The notes: generated by a model not told the origin, from the sequence alone. 64,000 nucleotides of DNA from Desulfatiglans sp. (GCA_012513605.1 JAAZBV010000037.1:29027-93026), one strand, 5' to 3'. Positions 45,244-55,351 are shown, counted from the first letter of the stretch. A program made the numbers and translations.

Positions 45244-46741
45244 AGTCTATTACCTCGATAGCAAGTTTTCCGATTACAGCCATGATCTCTACCTGTTTAT
45301 CTATATTCCCCCTTAAAAGGGTTATATGCGAAACATCCGCAGGAAACTGGTTCATGGTGGGGTCAATTGTAATCCACTCCCCTGTATATACCTCGACCCA
45401 TGCATGATAATAAAAATTTTCCCTTGTATACACAAGGCCTGTTGATATCCTTGCAGGGATACCAACAGCCCTTAAGAGGGCAGTTAATAGGATTGCATGC
45501 TCATTGCAGTCGCCTGTCATTGTCTCAAGCACCTCTGTTGCGCTGGGGATACTTATAACAGGCCGCTTTTCTATGTTGGTATAGACCCATTCCATCATCT
45601 TTTGGGAAAGGATAACAGGGTCTTTAATATTTCCTGCTATCTTCTGTGCTTTACTGATAATTGCATCCTCATCACTCTCAATATTGTATTCAGGGGCAAG
45701 ATATTTTTTCATATCTGGCTCTTCAACTGTATAGGGAACCCTGTAACCGGCCCTGAAGGGCCCCTCTTCTACTGTAACACTCAATATACCATTTATGTAT
45801 TTCTGTCTTTCTCCTGAAATGTCTGCAAGGTCAAATCCTGTATCTTCAATGCCTTTAAGCCGGATTGTAAGCCCTTTTAATCTTTTTGTGTCAGGAAGTT
45901 TTTTATCCGTGCGCACAACAGTAACTTCATAGAAGTCTTCTACCCCATCTTCAATATTTAAAGGCGCATTGGCAGGGCTGGATTTTACCATTGTTAACCC
46001 CATTATACTCTGCTCTTTAAGAATATCACCATTCATATCGAACCAGAAATTGAGCCTGGCGCCCATGACCTCCCCTTCTACCATGAATGTATCATACTCA
46101 ATATTATTAATTTTGATTTTTTCTCTTGAAATAACTTTAAAGGTGGCCTGCCTTTGCATCATGGTTGCCGGATCAAAAAATGTCGTATTAAAACTTTCAC
46201 CAGGAACAGGTTTAATATTTCTAAACATATGATCAAGTCCGCTGCTTATTACAGGTGTCTCATTCAATCTTATCTCCTTTACTTTACCTCTTCTACCTGT
46301 TCCGGTAGTTATTTTAAGCAGATTCCCCTCGACCTTTCCCGTGATCCTGTAATTTATGACACCCGAATTCATCTTGAAAAAGAAATTTTTAAGTCGGAAA
46401 CTCTCATCTACACTGGCCTGTGTAATGGTGTAAAGCCCCTTTTCAAAACCCATAAGGTTCAGTTTAAGGAACAACTCATCCTGTATGTAGTAACCCCCTT
46501 CAAAGGGTTTAAGGGCGGTTACAGCATACCCTACCTTTTTATTATTAAGAAATATCTCCTTCCAGTCCTGTCTTGCCTCACCGGCCTTAACATTAATAGC
46601 AGCAGACTGAACAGGATCATTGTAAAGGTAGTGTTTCCTAAAAAGGATGGAGAGCATCACTACCCAGAAAATTACAATCAGTATGCCTGTAAGATTTAAA
46701 ATGTTTCGTTTCTTTCCGATCATATTAGTACTGTATTTCAT
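45230..46741 (-). CDS. Membrane-anchored transglutaminase-like (Cys-His-Asp) domain protein
   Basis: N-terminal TM segment ILNLTGILIVIFWVVMLSILF. The C-terminal TGDCNEHAILLTALLRAVGIPAR...YYHAWVEVY...WITIDPT is the transglutaminase core. Confidence 0.8.
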   Translation of the reverse strand: MKYSTNMIGKKRNILNLTGILIVIFWVVMLSILFRKHYLYNDPVQSAAINVKAGEARQDWKEIFLNNKKVGYAVTALKPFEGGYYIQDELFLKLNLMGFEKGLYTITQASVDESFRLKNFFFKMNSGVINYRITGKVEGNLLKITTGTGRRGKVKEIRLNETPVISSGLDHMFRNIKPVPGESFNTTFFDPATMMQRQATFKVISREKIKINNIEYDTFMVEGEVMGARLNFWFDMNGDILKEQSIMGLTMVKSSPANAPLNIEDGVEDFYEVTVVRTDKKLPDTKRLKGLTIRLKGIEDTGFDLADISGERQKYINGILSVTVEEGPFRAGYRVPYTVEEPDMKKYLAPEYNIESDEDAIISKAQKIAGNIKDPVILSQKMMEWVYTNIEKRPVISIPSATEVLETMTGDCNEHAILLTALLRAVGIPARISTGLVYTRENFYYHAWVEVYTGEWITIDPTMNQFPADVSHITLLRGNIDKQVEIMAVIGKLAIEVIDFEYN

Positions 46742-46774
46742 AAATTCAATGTCATATGAAATATAACGTTATCA

Positions 46775-46876
46775 TTCACCACGGAGGACATCCGCCTTCG
46801 CTGAATCTATAGCGGGACAGGCGGAGAGCACGGAGAAAAGCTTTATAAATAAATCTCCGTTCTCTCCGTGGTTAAA
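46775..46876. repeat. caccacggaggac...ctccgtggttaaaa repeat (family C), copy 2
   Basis: ttcaccacggaggacatccgccttcgctgaatctatagcgggacaggcggagagcacggag...tctccgttctctccgtggttaaaa. Shares both termini with 34381..34462. Confidence 0.65.
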
Positions 46877-46970
46877 AATATATTATCGTATTTCCTTATA
46901 ATATATGCGTATAATGATGTGAGTCAAGGCGGTATTCTTTTCTTCTTTAACAGGGCCTGAATGCAAAAGG

Positions 46971-47630
46971 CTAAATTTCATATCCCGCTTTTTCAACCAG
47001 ACTGCGTGAATTCGCAAGCATTTTAGATAAAAAACCATCAGGTAGCCCTGCGCCCTTTATAACCTTCTCTGCAAAGGCATCTGTTATAATATTCCCAGGT
47101 TCATGGCAGTCTGAATCAAGAACCATTTTAGCGCCATTTTCCAGAGCAAGCCTTGCCACATGACCGTTTGTAAGGCTGTGGCCTGACCTTGATGTTATCT
47201 CAAGAAAAACACCCTTTTCTGCTGCAAGCATTACCTCTTCAGGTGTTATTAAACCTGGATGAGCCAGTATATCAATGCCCGCCTCTATACCTGCGAGGTT
47301 TGTACCGGGAGCAACCGGTTCCACAATGGTCTCACCATGCAGAACGATTATTTTTGCGCCCAGAGCCCTTGCCTCTCTAACAAGGCCGGCAATCAAAGGT
47401 GGAGGGACATGGGTAATCTCTATACCGGGTATGACAGTAACAGACTGTGCCCTGTTCAGTTCATTCGCAACCCTGATTATCCTAGGGATAGTAAAATCCA
47501 CATTTGACTGGTCAGCATGGTCAGTTATAGCTATAGCCCTGTAACCTGCTGCCTCATATCTTCTTGTAAGCTCCGCAGGTATAAGCACACCATCGCTGAA
47601 TATTGAATGTGAATGAAGGTCTATCATCAT
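46971..47630 (-). CDS. PHP-family phosphoesterase (histidinol-phosphatase-like)
   Basis: MMIDLHSHSIFSDG...AIAITDHAD...HGE...LDSDCH PHP metal-ligand motifs. 219 aa. Confidence 0.8.
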   Translation of the reverse strand: MMIDLHSHSIFSDGVLIPAELTRRYEAAGYRAIAITDHADQSNVDFTIPRIIRVANELNRAQSVTVIPGIEITHVPPPLIAGLVREARALGAKIIVLHGETIVEPVAPGTNLAGIEAGIDILAHPGLITPEEVMLAAEKGVFLEITSRSGHSLTNGHVARLALENGAKMVLDSDCHEPGNIITDAFAEKVIKGAGLPDGFLSKMLANSRSLVEKAGYEI

Positions 47631-47633
47631 TTT

Positions 47634-48134
47634 TTACATCTTGTATTTGCCGAAGTCTTCGGGATTGAGGTTTTCAAGTATCTCCTGCCACTTCTTGCCC
47701 TCTTCGGTCTTTACCTCAGGTTCAGCACTCATAAGATCAATATGCCTTGACTTGTCTATAACCTCTTCAGAGACAAAAATCGGGGCATTTACCCTTAGTG
47801 AAAGGGCCAGTGCGTCACTAGGCCTTGCATCTACCTGCATCAGGCCTCCATTATGAGCAATGTGAATAAGGGCATAGTAGACATTATTTTTAAGATCGCA
47901 GATCTCTATCTTTTCAACCTTTACATCAATCATATCGAGTATATTTTTTAATAGGTCATGGGTCATGGGTCTGTCAAAATCTATCTTTTCCATCTTGCTG
48001 GCTATGGCTGTAGCCTCCATAAGCCCTATCCATATGGGCAGTGTCTTTTCACCATAGACCTCTTTCAGAATAACAATCGGACTGTTCGTTATCGGGTCCA
48101 TTGTCAGCTTGGATATGGTCATTGGTTTAAACAT
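47634..48134 (-). CDS. Bifunctional nuclease (BFN/DUF151) family protein
   Basis: LPIWIGLMEATAIA...DRPMTHDLL...ARPSDALALSLR matches the BFN domain pattern. 166 aa. Confidence 0.75.
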   Translation of the reverse strand: MFKPMTISKLTMDPITNSPIVILKEVYGEKTLPIWIGLMEATAIASKMEKIDFDRPMTHDLLKNILDMIDVKVEKIEICDLKNNVYYALIHIAHNGGLMQVDARPSDALALSLRVNAPIFVSEEVIDKSRHIDLMSAEPEVKTEEGKKWQEILENLNPEDFGKYKM

Positions 48135-48264
48135 TATTGTCTCCCTTGAAATTATTTTGTTTTCAGGTTAATCATATTCTTGTACATAGTATTATGTTTG
48201 TCAATATAACTTTATTTTATGACCAATATGATAAACATGTTTAAAGGAGAAACAACACCGTGCC

Positions 48265-50820
48265 ATGAATAAATTAATCAATAATGATAACTTCCCCTAT
48301 TTTTTTGATTATAAACCCGGTCTTTTCCTGTGGTGGTTCTTCTATCGTCTTGTTGGAAGGGTCAAGCTGGATGAAAACTTCAAGAACTCCTTGAGGGCAA
48401 TGCAGAAGGAAGGGACTATCGTTTATGCAATAAAACATAAAGGGCTCCTTGATTTCCTGCTATACCATTTCACCCTTAAAATGAGGAGCCTCCCATACCC
48501 CAGGATAGCCTTTGGTATGGACCTTTCACTGATACTGCCCGCATTGACACTGATAAAGGTAACTTTGTCACGCATATCCGCATTTCTGCGCTCAGGAAGG
48601 GATCAAAATCCATTTGATTCCCACTTTTATGAAAATGCTTTGCGAAGAAAAACCCCTTCGCTTGTTTCACTCCTTGACCCGGCTGGTTTTCTCAAATCAT
48701 TTATCTATTCTGAGACCGATAATCTTTTTTTTCTAATAGAGCAGCAGAAAAAAACAGCTACACCCATATTCATTGTCCCACAGCTTATCCTCTTTAAACG
48801 ATCCCCTGAAACACAAGGATTCAGGCTGAAGGACATATTTTTCGGTTTCAAGGATAACCCGAGTACATTAAGGAAGGTAATACTTTTTTTCAGGCACCCT
48901 AAATCGACCTTCATAGATTTTGCAGAACCAATTAATCTTAAAAGTTATCTGGAGGATCAGCCTGAAGGGGTATCTACTGACCAGATAAGCCTGGAACTTA
49001 AGGATGAGCTGATAAGGAGGATAGACAGCCAGAAGAGGATAATCCTTGGCCCTATCATGAAATCACGTCAGCAGCTCAAGGAGATTGTCCTTAAAGACAG
49101 TGAGATAACCGCCCTGATAGACAAGATCGCCGGCAATGACAGGAAAAAGATCAGGGCAAAAAGAAAAATGGCAGGAAAGTACTTTGACGAAATAGCTGCG
49201 GATTACAACAGCTCATATGTAAGCCTTTTCCGTGTAATCCTGAAGTGGCTCTGGAAAAAGATTTTTAATGGCATTGATACGGTCCCATCAGAGCTTGCGG
49301 TTATAAGGGAATGGGCAAGAAAGGGGCCACTCATATATGTACCGTCACATAAAAGCCATGTTGATTATCTGGTGCTGAATGATGTTCTCTATGACTTTAA
49401 TATGCATATCCCGAGGATCGCAGCAGGCCAGAACCTCTCATTCTGGCCAATGGGCTATATATTCAGAAAGTGCGGTGCATTCTTTATCAGGCGATCATTT
49501 CAGGGTGCAAAACTCTATTCAGAGGTCTTTTCACGTTATATAAAGGCCCTGCTCCAGGATGGTCACCCTATCCAGTTCTATATAGAGGGGGGAAGAAGCA
49601 GGAACGGCAAACTGGTTCAGCCAAAAACAGGTTTTTTATCCATTTTGATGGATGCCTATGAACAGGGTTACTGTAAAGACCTGATATTTGTCCCAACATC
49701 GGTGCTCTATGACAGGGTGGTTGAGGAGGGGTCATATCTGAAAGAGCTGAGCGGGGCACAAAAGGAGAGCGAGAATTTCAGACAGGTGATAAAGGCGCGG
49801 CGGTTTCTTAAAAGCAGCTACGGCAGGATATATATCCGTTTTGATAAACCCTTTTCCATTAAGGAATGGATGCAGGAGCAACCATCTGGTGATTCACACA
49901 GGGATCAGCTTGCTGCCGGCATAGCCCATTCCATTAACAGTGTAACGCTCATTACCCCGCTGGCAATTGTAAGCACTGCAATCCTGACTTCACACAGAAA
50001 AGGGTTTTACATGCCGGAACTCAGGAAAACAATTGAACTCTTCATTTACCTTGCAAAAAGGGTAAACGCCCCGGTATTTGAGGGGCTTATTGATATTGAT
50101 AATTCCATAAATGAGGCAATTGCCTTGTTAACAGAGTGGGGGGTTATTGAACTGGTTAATGACCCACAGGGAGGTGAAAATCCATTTTACTTTATTCAGG
50201 ATGATAAAAAACTTGAGCTGGAATATTACAAAAATACCATTATCCATTTTTTTATAGACTATTCCTTTGTAGCAATATCCCTGCTCAGCCAGTCAGATGA
50301 AGATACAAGCCCTGGAGTAGCCCTCTCTGTATTCAATTTTCTGTCAGACACCTTTACCAATGAGTTTCTTTTTGCTTCTGCCCTGAAACCGGCAGAGAGG
50401 TTTAATTCAGTAACAGCCTCTTATATTGAAAAAGGTTTTATCAGAGATATCCCTGAAACCTGTAGATTCAGGGTGACAAGGGCAGGGTTTGACAGGCTTC
50501 CATCTATTGCTGCCCTTGCTAAAACCTTTATTGAATCATACTGGATAGCCGCAAATGTTATCATGAAGGGGAAGGATACAAAGATATCAGGAGAAAACCT
50601 CCTTAAAGAGACTATATCCACAGGGAAAAAATATTATAATTCCGGGGTAATAGATCATATCGGTTCAGTATCCCGTGTCAATTTCCAGAATGCCATTGCC
50701 TATATTAATAAAAACATACTGCCTGCTGAAAGGGCTAAAATAGATGATATGGTTACAGATGATATTACCCTTTCAGGGTTTATCAAAAAACTCCATTCTT
50801 TTGGCAAGGTTAGCGCATAA
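48265..50820 (+). CDS. plsB: Glycerol-3-phosphate 1-O-acyltransferase
   Basis: 851 aa. Contains VPSHKSHVDYLVL (HX4D), GAFFIRRSF and YIEGGRSRNGKL, the PlsB acyltransferase blocks. Confidence 0.85.
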   Translation: MNKLINNDNFPYFFDYKPGLFLWWFFYRLVGRVKLDENFKNSLRAMQKEGTIVYAIKHKGLLDFLLYHFTLKMRSLPYPRIAFGMDLSLILPALTLIKVTLSRISAFLRSGRDQNPFDSHFYENALRRKTPSLVSLLDPAGFLKSFIYSETDNLFFLIEQQKKTATPIFIVPQLILFKRSPETQGFRLKDIFFGFKDNPSTLRKVILFFRHPKSTFIDFAEPINLKSYLEDQPEGVSTDQISLELKDELIRRIDSQKRIILGPIMKSRQQLKEIVLKDSEITALIDKIAGNDRKKIRAKRKMAGKYFDEIAADYNSSYVSLFRVILKWLWKKIFNGIDTVPSELAVIREWARKGPLIYVPSHKSHVDYLVLNDVLYDFNMHIPRIAAGQNLSFWPMGYIFRKCGAFFIRRSFQGAKLYSEVFSRYIKALLQDGHPIQFYIEGGRSRNGKLVQPKTGFLSILMDAYEQGYCKDLIFVPTSVLYDRVVEEGSYLKELSGAQKESENFRQVIKARRFLKSSYGRIYIRFDKPFSIKEWMQEQPSGDSHRDQLAAGIAHSINSVTLITPLAIVSTAILTSHRKGFYMPELRKTIELFIYLAKRVNAPVFEGLIDIDNSINEAIALLTEWGVIELVNDPQGGENPFYFIQDDKKLELEYYKNTIIHFFIDYSFVAISLLSQSDEDTSPGVALSVFNFLSDTFTNEFLFASALKPAERFNSVTASYIEKGFIRDIPETCRFRVTRAGFDRLPSIAALAKTFIESYWIAANVIMKGKDTKISGENLLKETISTGKKYYNSGVIDHIGSVSRVNFQNAIAYINKNILPAERAKIDDMVTDDITLSGFIKKLHSFGKVSA

Positions 50821-50839
50821 GTTATTTACTGTTTTGTTT

Positions 50840-51163
50840 TTACTCTTTCTTTTTAAAGGTGAGGATCTTTCCGGGTTTTTTATCATTGTTACTGTTTCCA
50901 GTATCATTGTCTGCCTCGTTTCCCTCTAACCGGAGAGGTTCTATCTTTTCAAGACGCATGCTATTACCGCCCATTGTAAAAACCTCACCATTTATATACT
51001 CCTCACGCAGAATCCATGTGATAACCTGGTGGGGTATTGTTAAAAGGAGAAATGTCACCTGGTACCAATCCTTTTTAATATCTGGCTCTATTCGCTCTAT
51101 CCTGGCGTATACCCCGGGCTCATCCTTGAAGTATACCAGGACAAGATCACCTTCAATATTCAT
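50840..51163 (-). CDS. Hypothetical protein
   Basis: 107-aa ORF filling an otherwise empty spacer, with a GAGG upstream of its ATG. No family recognised. Low-complexity acidic/basic tail. Confidence 0.4.
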   Translation of the reverse strand: MNIEGDLVLVYFKDEPGVYARIERIEPDIKKDWYQVTFLLLTIPHQVITWILREEYINGEVFTMGGNSMRLEKIEPLRLEGNEADNDTGNSNNDKKPGKILTFKKKE

Positions 51164-51215
51164 GTTAAAAAATACCTCGATTCTAATTCGATCATTATAT
51201 CCTCAACACCACCCG

Positions 51216-51830
51216 TCATTCCAAGGCTTGACCGTGGAGTCCAGTTTTCATTACCCAAAACCAATTTACATAATGATTATTCATTAACCATATCCGCTTT
51301 TCATTCATAACAGTTTTACAGGCCAAGTAAAGTAAAAATATAACATTAATGCCATCCTTTTCTCCTGTATGGACAAAGTTATTATTCTGAAATGTCTCAG
51401 CGGTTTTACCAACCACAAGCAGGATTCCATTTGGCTTTAGATGTAAAGCAGCGGTTTCAATGGCCCTGTTCAGGTCATTATATGTGGCCATGTAATCTAT
51501 GCTGTCTGGTATTGCAACAACATCGAACATGCGGCCAAGCCTTATATCCCGCATATCACCTTCAATATACTCAATATCAGGATGAAGCGCCCTTGCCATT
51601 GAAAGCATCCCCTGGCTCAGGTCCACACCTGTAATTGTAAAATGCTTTTTAAAAACCCTGTCAATGCCACCTGCGCCGCTCCCAAGGTGCAGCATTGTTA
51701 AAGGCGTAAACGGACAATGGCTTTTAATCAGAGATACATAGTGACCCGCCTCATCTTCATATTCATCCGGGTCAGAAAGCAGACCATCTACCCAGGCCAG
51801 TTCATTATATGTAATCCATTCTGATGTCAT
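51216..51830 (-). CDS. Class I SAM-dependent methyltransferase, C-terminus replaced by repeat-derived codons
   Basis: LHLGSGAGGIDRVF...GVDLSQGML...IEGDMRD (motifs I-III). The last 11 codons plus stop (MKTGLHGQALE*) are encoded by the family E repeat at 51214..51245. Confidence 0.75.
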   Translation of the reverse strand: MTSEWITYNELAWVDGLLSDPDEYEDEAGHYVSLIKSHCPFTPLTMLHLGSGAGGIDRVFKKHFTITGVDLSQGMLSMARALHPDIEYIEGDMRDIRLGRMFDVVAIPDSIDYMATYNDLNRAIETAALHLKPNGILLVVGKTAETFQNNNFVHTGEKDGINVIFLLYLACKTVMNEKRIWLMNNHYVNWFWVMKTGLHGQALE

Positions 51831-51865
51831 AATTTCATTTATCCTTACTATTTAGTGTCCATTAT

Positions 51866-52030
51866 AAACTGTCGTTTTTGGATTTTCATCCTCCTTAGCA
51901 GTGCTACTGCGGATGATAGGCAAGCGGTCAGCCGTCAGCATTCAGCTTTCAGCTTTCAACAAAAGGCATTCAAAACAAAGAGTTGGCTGACTACTGAAAG
52001 CCCCATCCAGATTTTACCTCTTTCTGGATG
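51866..52030 (+). repeat. ~165-bp structured intergenic repeat, copy 2 (family B)
   Basis: Collinear with 17721..17885 in the same orientation. The ORF-track entry 51855..52076 is a translation of this repeat. Confidence 0.8.
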
Positions 52031-52046
52031 GACACCATTTATATTT

Positions 52047-52127
52047 TGTAGGGGCGGTACCCCCGTGTCCGCCTAATTGTATAGCATAATAACCTTTTAT
52101 GTAGGGGCGGTACCCCTGTGTCCGCCC
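52047..52127 (+). repeat. Two direct copies of tgtaggggcggtacccc(c/t)gtgtccgcc
   Basis: 52047..52073 and 52100..52127, read directly. Each unit can fold (ggggcggtacccc). Confidence 0.75.
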
Positions 52128-52133
52128 GGTTTT

Positions 52134-52748
52134 TTAATTCGGGTTCTCAAGTATCCGCATATCAACAAGAATATCCTCGATTTCTTGTGGACCTTTTACG
52201 CGATATGCCATTAACCCCATTTCCCTGGCGCTGTTTATATTGAGTTCATTATCGTCGAAAAAGAGAACTGATGCAGGATGGCAGCCAAGACTGCTTAATA
52301 CATGTTCAAATGCATCTTTGTCAGGTTTGAGTTTACCCATTTCATGAGAGGCAAAGTGGTAATCGAGCATCTTTTCAATGCCCATCTCTTTCATAAGGCG
52401 TGGCCAGTGCAATTCATTTGAATTACTGAAACAGGCAAGAGTTTTGTGGCTTAATCTATTAAGGAGATCCGGTACGCCCGGATATAACCCGCTTGGCCAA
52501 AGAGTAAAGTTATCAATAAACTCTTCGATTCCAACAGGCAAATTCATCTCTTTAATAATATCAGTAGCGAATTGCCTGGCGGTGGTATCTCCTTTTTCAA
52601 AAGAACGCACTGAAGGAGACCGTAACCATGCCTCCCACATTTCGCTTTCATTATAAATATTTTTCGTCCATTTGATCATGGTAGGAACACCTGTTAGTTC
52701 AACCAGAACCCCGCCTAAATCAAATAGAATAATTTCTATAGTATTCAT
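52134..52748 (-). CDS. HAD-superfamily hydrolase (subfamily IA-like)
   Basis: Start at ATG 52748 (MNTIEIILFDLGGVLVEL, HAD motif I, YihX-like DLG variant). Later CFSNSN (motif II) and FFDDNELN (motif IV). Confidence 0.8.
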   Translation of the reverse strand: MNTIEIILFDLGGVLVELTGVPTMIKWTKNIYNESEMWEAWLRSPSVRSFEKGDTTARQFATDIIKEMNLPVGIEEFIDNFTLWPSGLYPGVPDLLNRLSHKTLACFSNSNELHWPRLMKEMGIEKMLDYHFASHEMGKLKPDKDAFEHVLSSLGCHPASVLFFDDNELNINSAREMGLMAYRVKGPQEIEDILVDMRILENPN

Positions 52749-52910
52749 AATACTTTTGTTCCTTATTTTAAATTGCAAAACCTTCCTAACAAAACTCTAT
52801 CGATTAAATGTATGTTGGGCTGATTACCTAGCCTGACTGATAGCGTTTTCTTACGAAAAACTTAATTCCCAGCAGCCTTTCAGTTAAAAGCGAGTCATTA
52901 TTGTTTTATT

Positions 52911-53804
52911 TTATTCATGAAATTTCCATACATCGTGAATAAGGAAATTATCGAAGGTCTTGATTTGGTCTTTGAGTATCTCCTCGCTTGTCATATTAGG
53001 ACGTATATCAAAGTAATAGACCCCATCTAAAGGATTAAGTTTGATTGTGTATCCTTTGAAATGCCCTGGTAAAAATGTAGCATTGATTCCATATTTTCCT
53101 TCCTCGCCTTTTCTTTGGACATCATTTAGAAAAATTGCAAAGTGCGGTGTATTTGTGTCAGTAAGTTTGTTATATAGAAATTTATCAATGAATATTTTAT
53201 CGACTCGATCTTTGCTTGATGTTTTAACAGAGCCAATAGCTTTAGTGATATCATCAACCTTGATTATCAAGTCATGTTGGTAGCTCATGGTGAATGCTAC
53301 ATCGCCATTAATTTTGACAGGAACAGAAATAGTTCCAGATGTAACATTAATGCCTACTTCCTTTATAATTAAACGGATAAAATGTTCAAAAAGGTCTCCA
53401 TTAATCTTTCTGGCAGTGTTTGATCTGTTGGCTGGAAGTGCATCTAACGCTGCACCTATTGACTGCTGACAGGTGTAAATATAGTTATTCAATAATTTTC
53501 TGTTTTTTTCCAGTTTTGACTCTTGGCTCTTAATGTTACATAGAATATTTTTAAATGCTTTTTGACATGATTCAAAATCTTCAAATGAAAGCATAAGATT
53601 GCTATTTATTGGTCTTGTAACATTATATGTGCCATCCTGTTTATATTGAAAGAACCTATAATGAGTCTCGTTTCTCGAAACAATAACTGCCTGTAATTCT
53701 GTTTTTATAAACTCCAAATACAGCAGGCAAAAATCTGTGTAATCCGATATGGACTGAAAATTCTCTTTATCTGTTGCCCTTTTTAAAATGTTTTTTAGTT
53801 TCAT
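52911..53804 (-). CDS. Putative type II restriction endonuclease
   Basis: 297 aa, ATGA-coupled directly downstream of the DNA methyltransferase. GDLFEHFI...HDLIIK...GSVKTSSKDR is compatible with a PD-(D/E)xK core. Specificity unknown. Confidence 0.6.
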   Translation of the reverse strand: MKLKNILKRATDKENFQSISDYTDFCLLYLEFIKTELQAVIVSRNETHYRFFQYKQDGTYNVTRPINSNLMLSFEDFESCQKAFKNILCNIKSQESKLEKNRKLLNNYIYTCQQSIGAALDALPANRSNTARKINGDLFEHFIRLIIKEVGINVTSGTISVPVKINGDVAFTMSYQHDLIIKVDDITKAIGSVKTSSKDRVDKIFIDKFLYNKLTDTNTPHFAIFLNDVQRKGEEGKYGINATFLPGHFKGYTIKLNPLDGVYYFDIRPNMTSEEILKDQIKTFDNFLIHDVWKFHE

Positions 53805-54754
53805 CGAATAGAATTCCTTCTGTTTTCATTTTCCCTGTCGATGGTTACCCATTCGTCTATTGTTTTATATGGAACCCTTTCTAAACGTTGTATGGCCCAT
53901 TCATTATACTCATGAGATAGATCACAGCCGAGCCATCTTCGTCCCAATTGTTCAGCAACAACAATGGTTGTGCCAGATCCCGAAAACGGATCAATGACAA
54001 GATCATTTGGATTAGAAGAAGCTAATACCAACTTTCGCAACAGCTCTTCTGGTTTTTGAGTAGGGTGTGGTGTTTTTTCTTCCATACCATTACAAGTAGT
54101 CGGAACCTCAATAATATCTTTGGGCTTCGCTCCTTTTGGGTGTGGAAACCAAATGTCATTACGTTTGCCGTTGTTACCATACTGGCTTGTCTCAGCCTGT
54201 GGATGAGATGGATACTTTAGTGTATGTCTACTATATGGGATTCGTACATCATCTATATTCATAGTGAACTGAGAACTTTTTCTGAGATGAAGAATGCTTT
54301 CATGTGACCTCCCCCAATCTTTGCCCAGGTTGGCTTTATTCTTATAATACCAGATTATCCACTTGCACCCTTTAAAATATTTCATAGAAGGGTGTTTCAG
54401 ATCAGCCAAAATTTCTGAAAAACCACAGATATATAATGTTCCCGATTTTTTTAAGACGCGAGATGACTCACTAATCCATTGCATAGACCATTCGATATAT
54501 TTTTCCTGGCTTTCAAATTTATCCCAATCGGCTTTATTGATGTTGTATGGTGGGTCTGCAAAGATGAGATCAACAGTTTCACTTGAAAGACTTTTTAACC
54601 ATTCGATACTATCTCCTTCATATAAAATGTTATCTTTACACTTATAAACAGGATAGAAAGTGGTACAATTTTGCAATGGTAAAAACTCACCTCGTGTTGG
54701 GATTTCAAAAAGAAGTGGTTGCATTATTTCTTGTTTCAGTTTTTTAACAGGCAT
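53801..54754 (-). CDS. DNA methyltransferase, beta-class N6-adenine/N4-cytosine (DPPY type)
   Basis: DLIFADPPYNI (motif IV) precedes the C-terminal VIDPFSGSGTTIVVAEQLGRRWLGCDL (motif I), which is the beta-class order. Start preferred at ATG 54754 (AAAGGA upstream). A TTG at 54775 is also possible. Confidence 0.85.
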   Translation of the reverse strand: MPVKKLKQEIMQPLLFEIPTRGEFLPLQNCTTFYPVYKCKDNILYEGDSIEWLKSLSSETVDLIFADPPYNINKADWDKFESQEKYIEWSMQWISESSRVLKKSGTLYICGFSEILADLKHPSMKYFKGCKWIIWYYKNKANLGKDWGRSHESILHLRKSSQFTMNIDDVRIPYSRHTLKYPSHPQAETSQYGNNGKRNDIWFPHPKGAKPKDIIEVPTTCNGMEEKTPHPTQKPEELLRKLVLASSNPNDLVIDPFSGSGTTIVVAEQLGRRWLGCDLSHEYNEWAIQRLERVPYKTIDEWVTIDRENENRRNSIR

Positions 54755-54946
54755 TAATTGTCCTTTTAACTTCAATACACAATTGGTTTACCAGCTCTGG
54801 TTATCTTTACATTTTGAATGTTATATTAAAAGACGAATTGGATATTTCCAATTAAAAGTTTTTTAGCGTTAAAGAGTTGGAATAATAACTGTTTGCATTT
54901 TATTTATCAATCATAAATACTCCTGATTTTTATGAAGAAAATCATT

Positions 54947-55086
54947 TCTCACGCAAAGTCACAAAGCCCACAAAGTTAAGAAACATAAAAATATTATGTA
55001 AAAAGCATTTGATTTTCTTAGTGTCCTTTGCGTCTCTGTGTGAGATATTGCTTTAATTGCTTTTGCTTTTCGCCTTAGCTTGACGC
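54947..55086 (-). repeat. ~135-bp repeat (family D), left copy, inverted relative to 61083..61212
   Basis: Its reverse complement ggcgtcaagctaaggcgaaaagcaaaagc...tctcacacagagacgcaaaggacactaag...cttaactttgtgggctttgtg aligns base-for-base over most of its length with 61083..61212. Confidence 0.8.
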
Positions 55087-55351
55087 CAATGCGCCTGCGC
55101 GGAAATGTCGCACTATGCATCTTAAGTCAACAGTATTGAGAGTAAATCCTTCCCTTACGAAAATCACAGAACTTAACATTTTAAGAATACTCGGTATTAT
55201 ATTTATTTCTTTGTGTACTTAAGTTGACTCCAGTTTTTTACTCTGTGCTCTCCGTCTCATTAAATTGTTGAAGTGGCAGGCTAAAATTGAACCGCAAAGA
55301 CGAAAAGGGCGCTAAAAAAACAAAAATTATGTTCTTTGGTTTTATCATAGT

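Noticed and set aside
51855-52076. ORF-track entries 51855..52076 (+) and 55238..55441 (-) with the similar peptide SAFSFQQK.
   Set aside because: Both are translations of the family B intergenic repeat. The shared peptide reflects repeat DNA, not a conserved protein.
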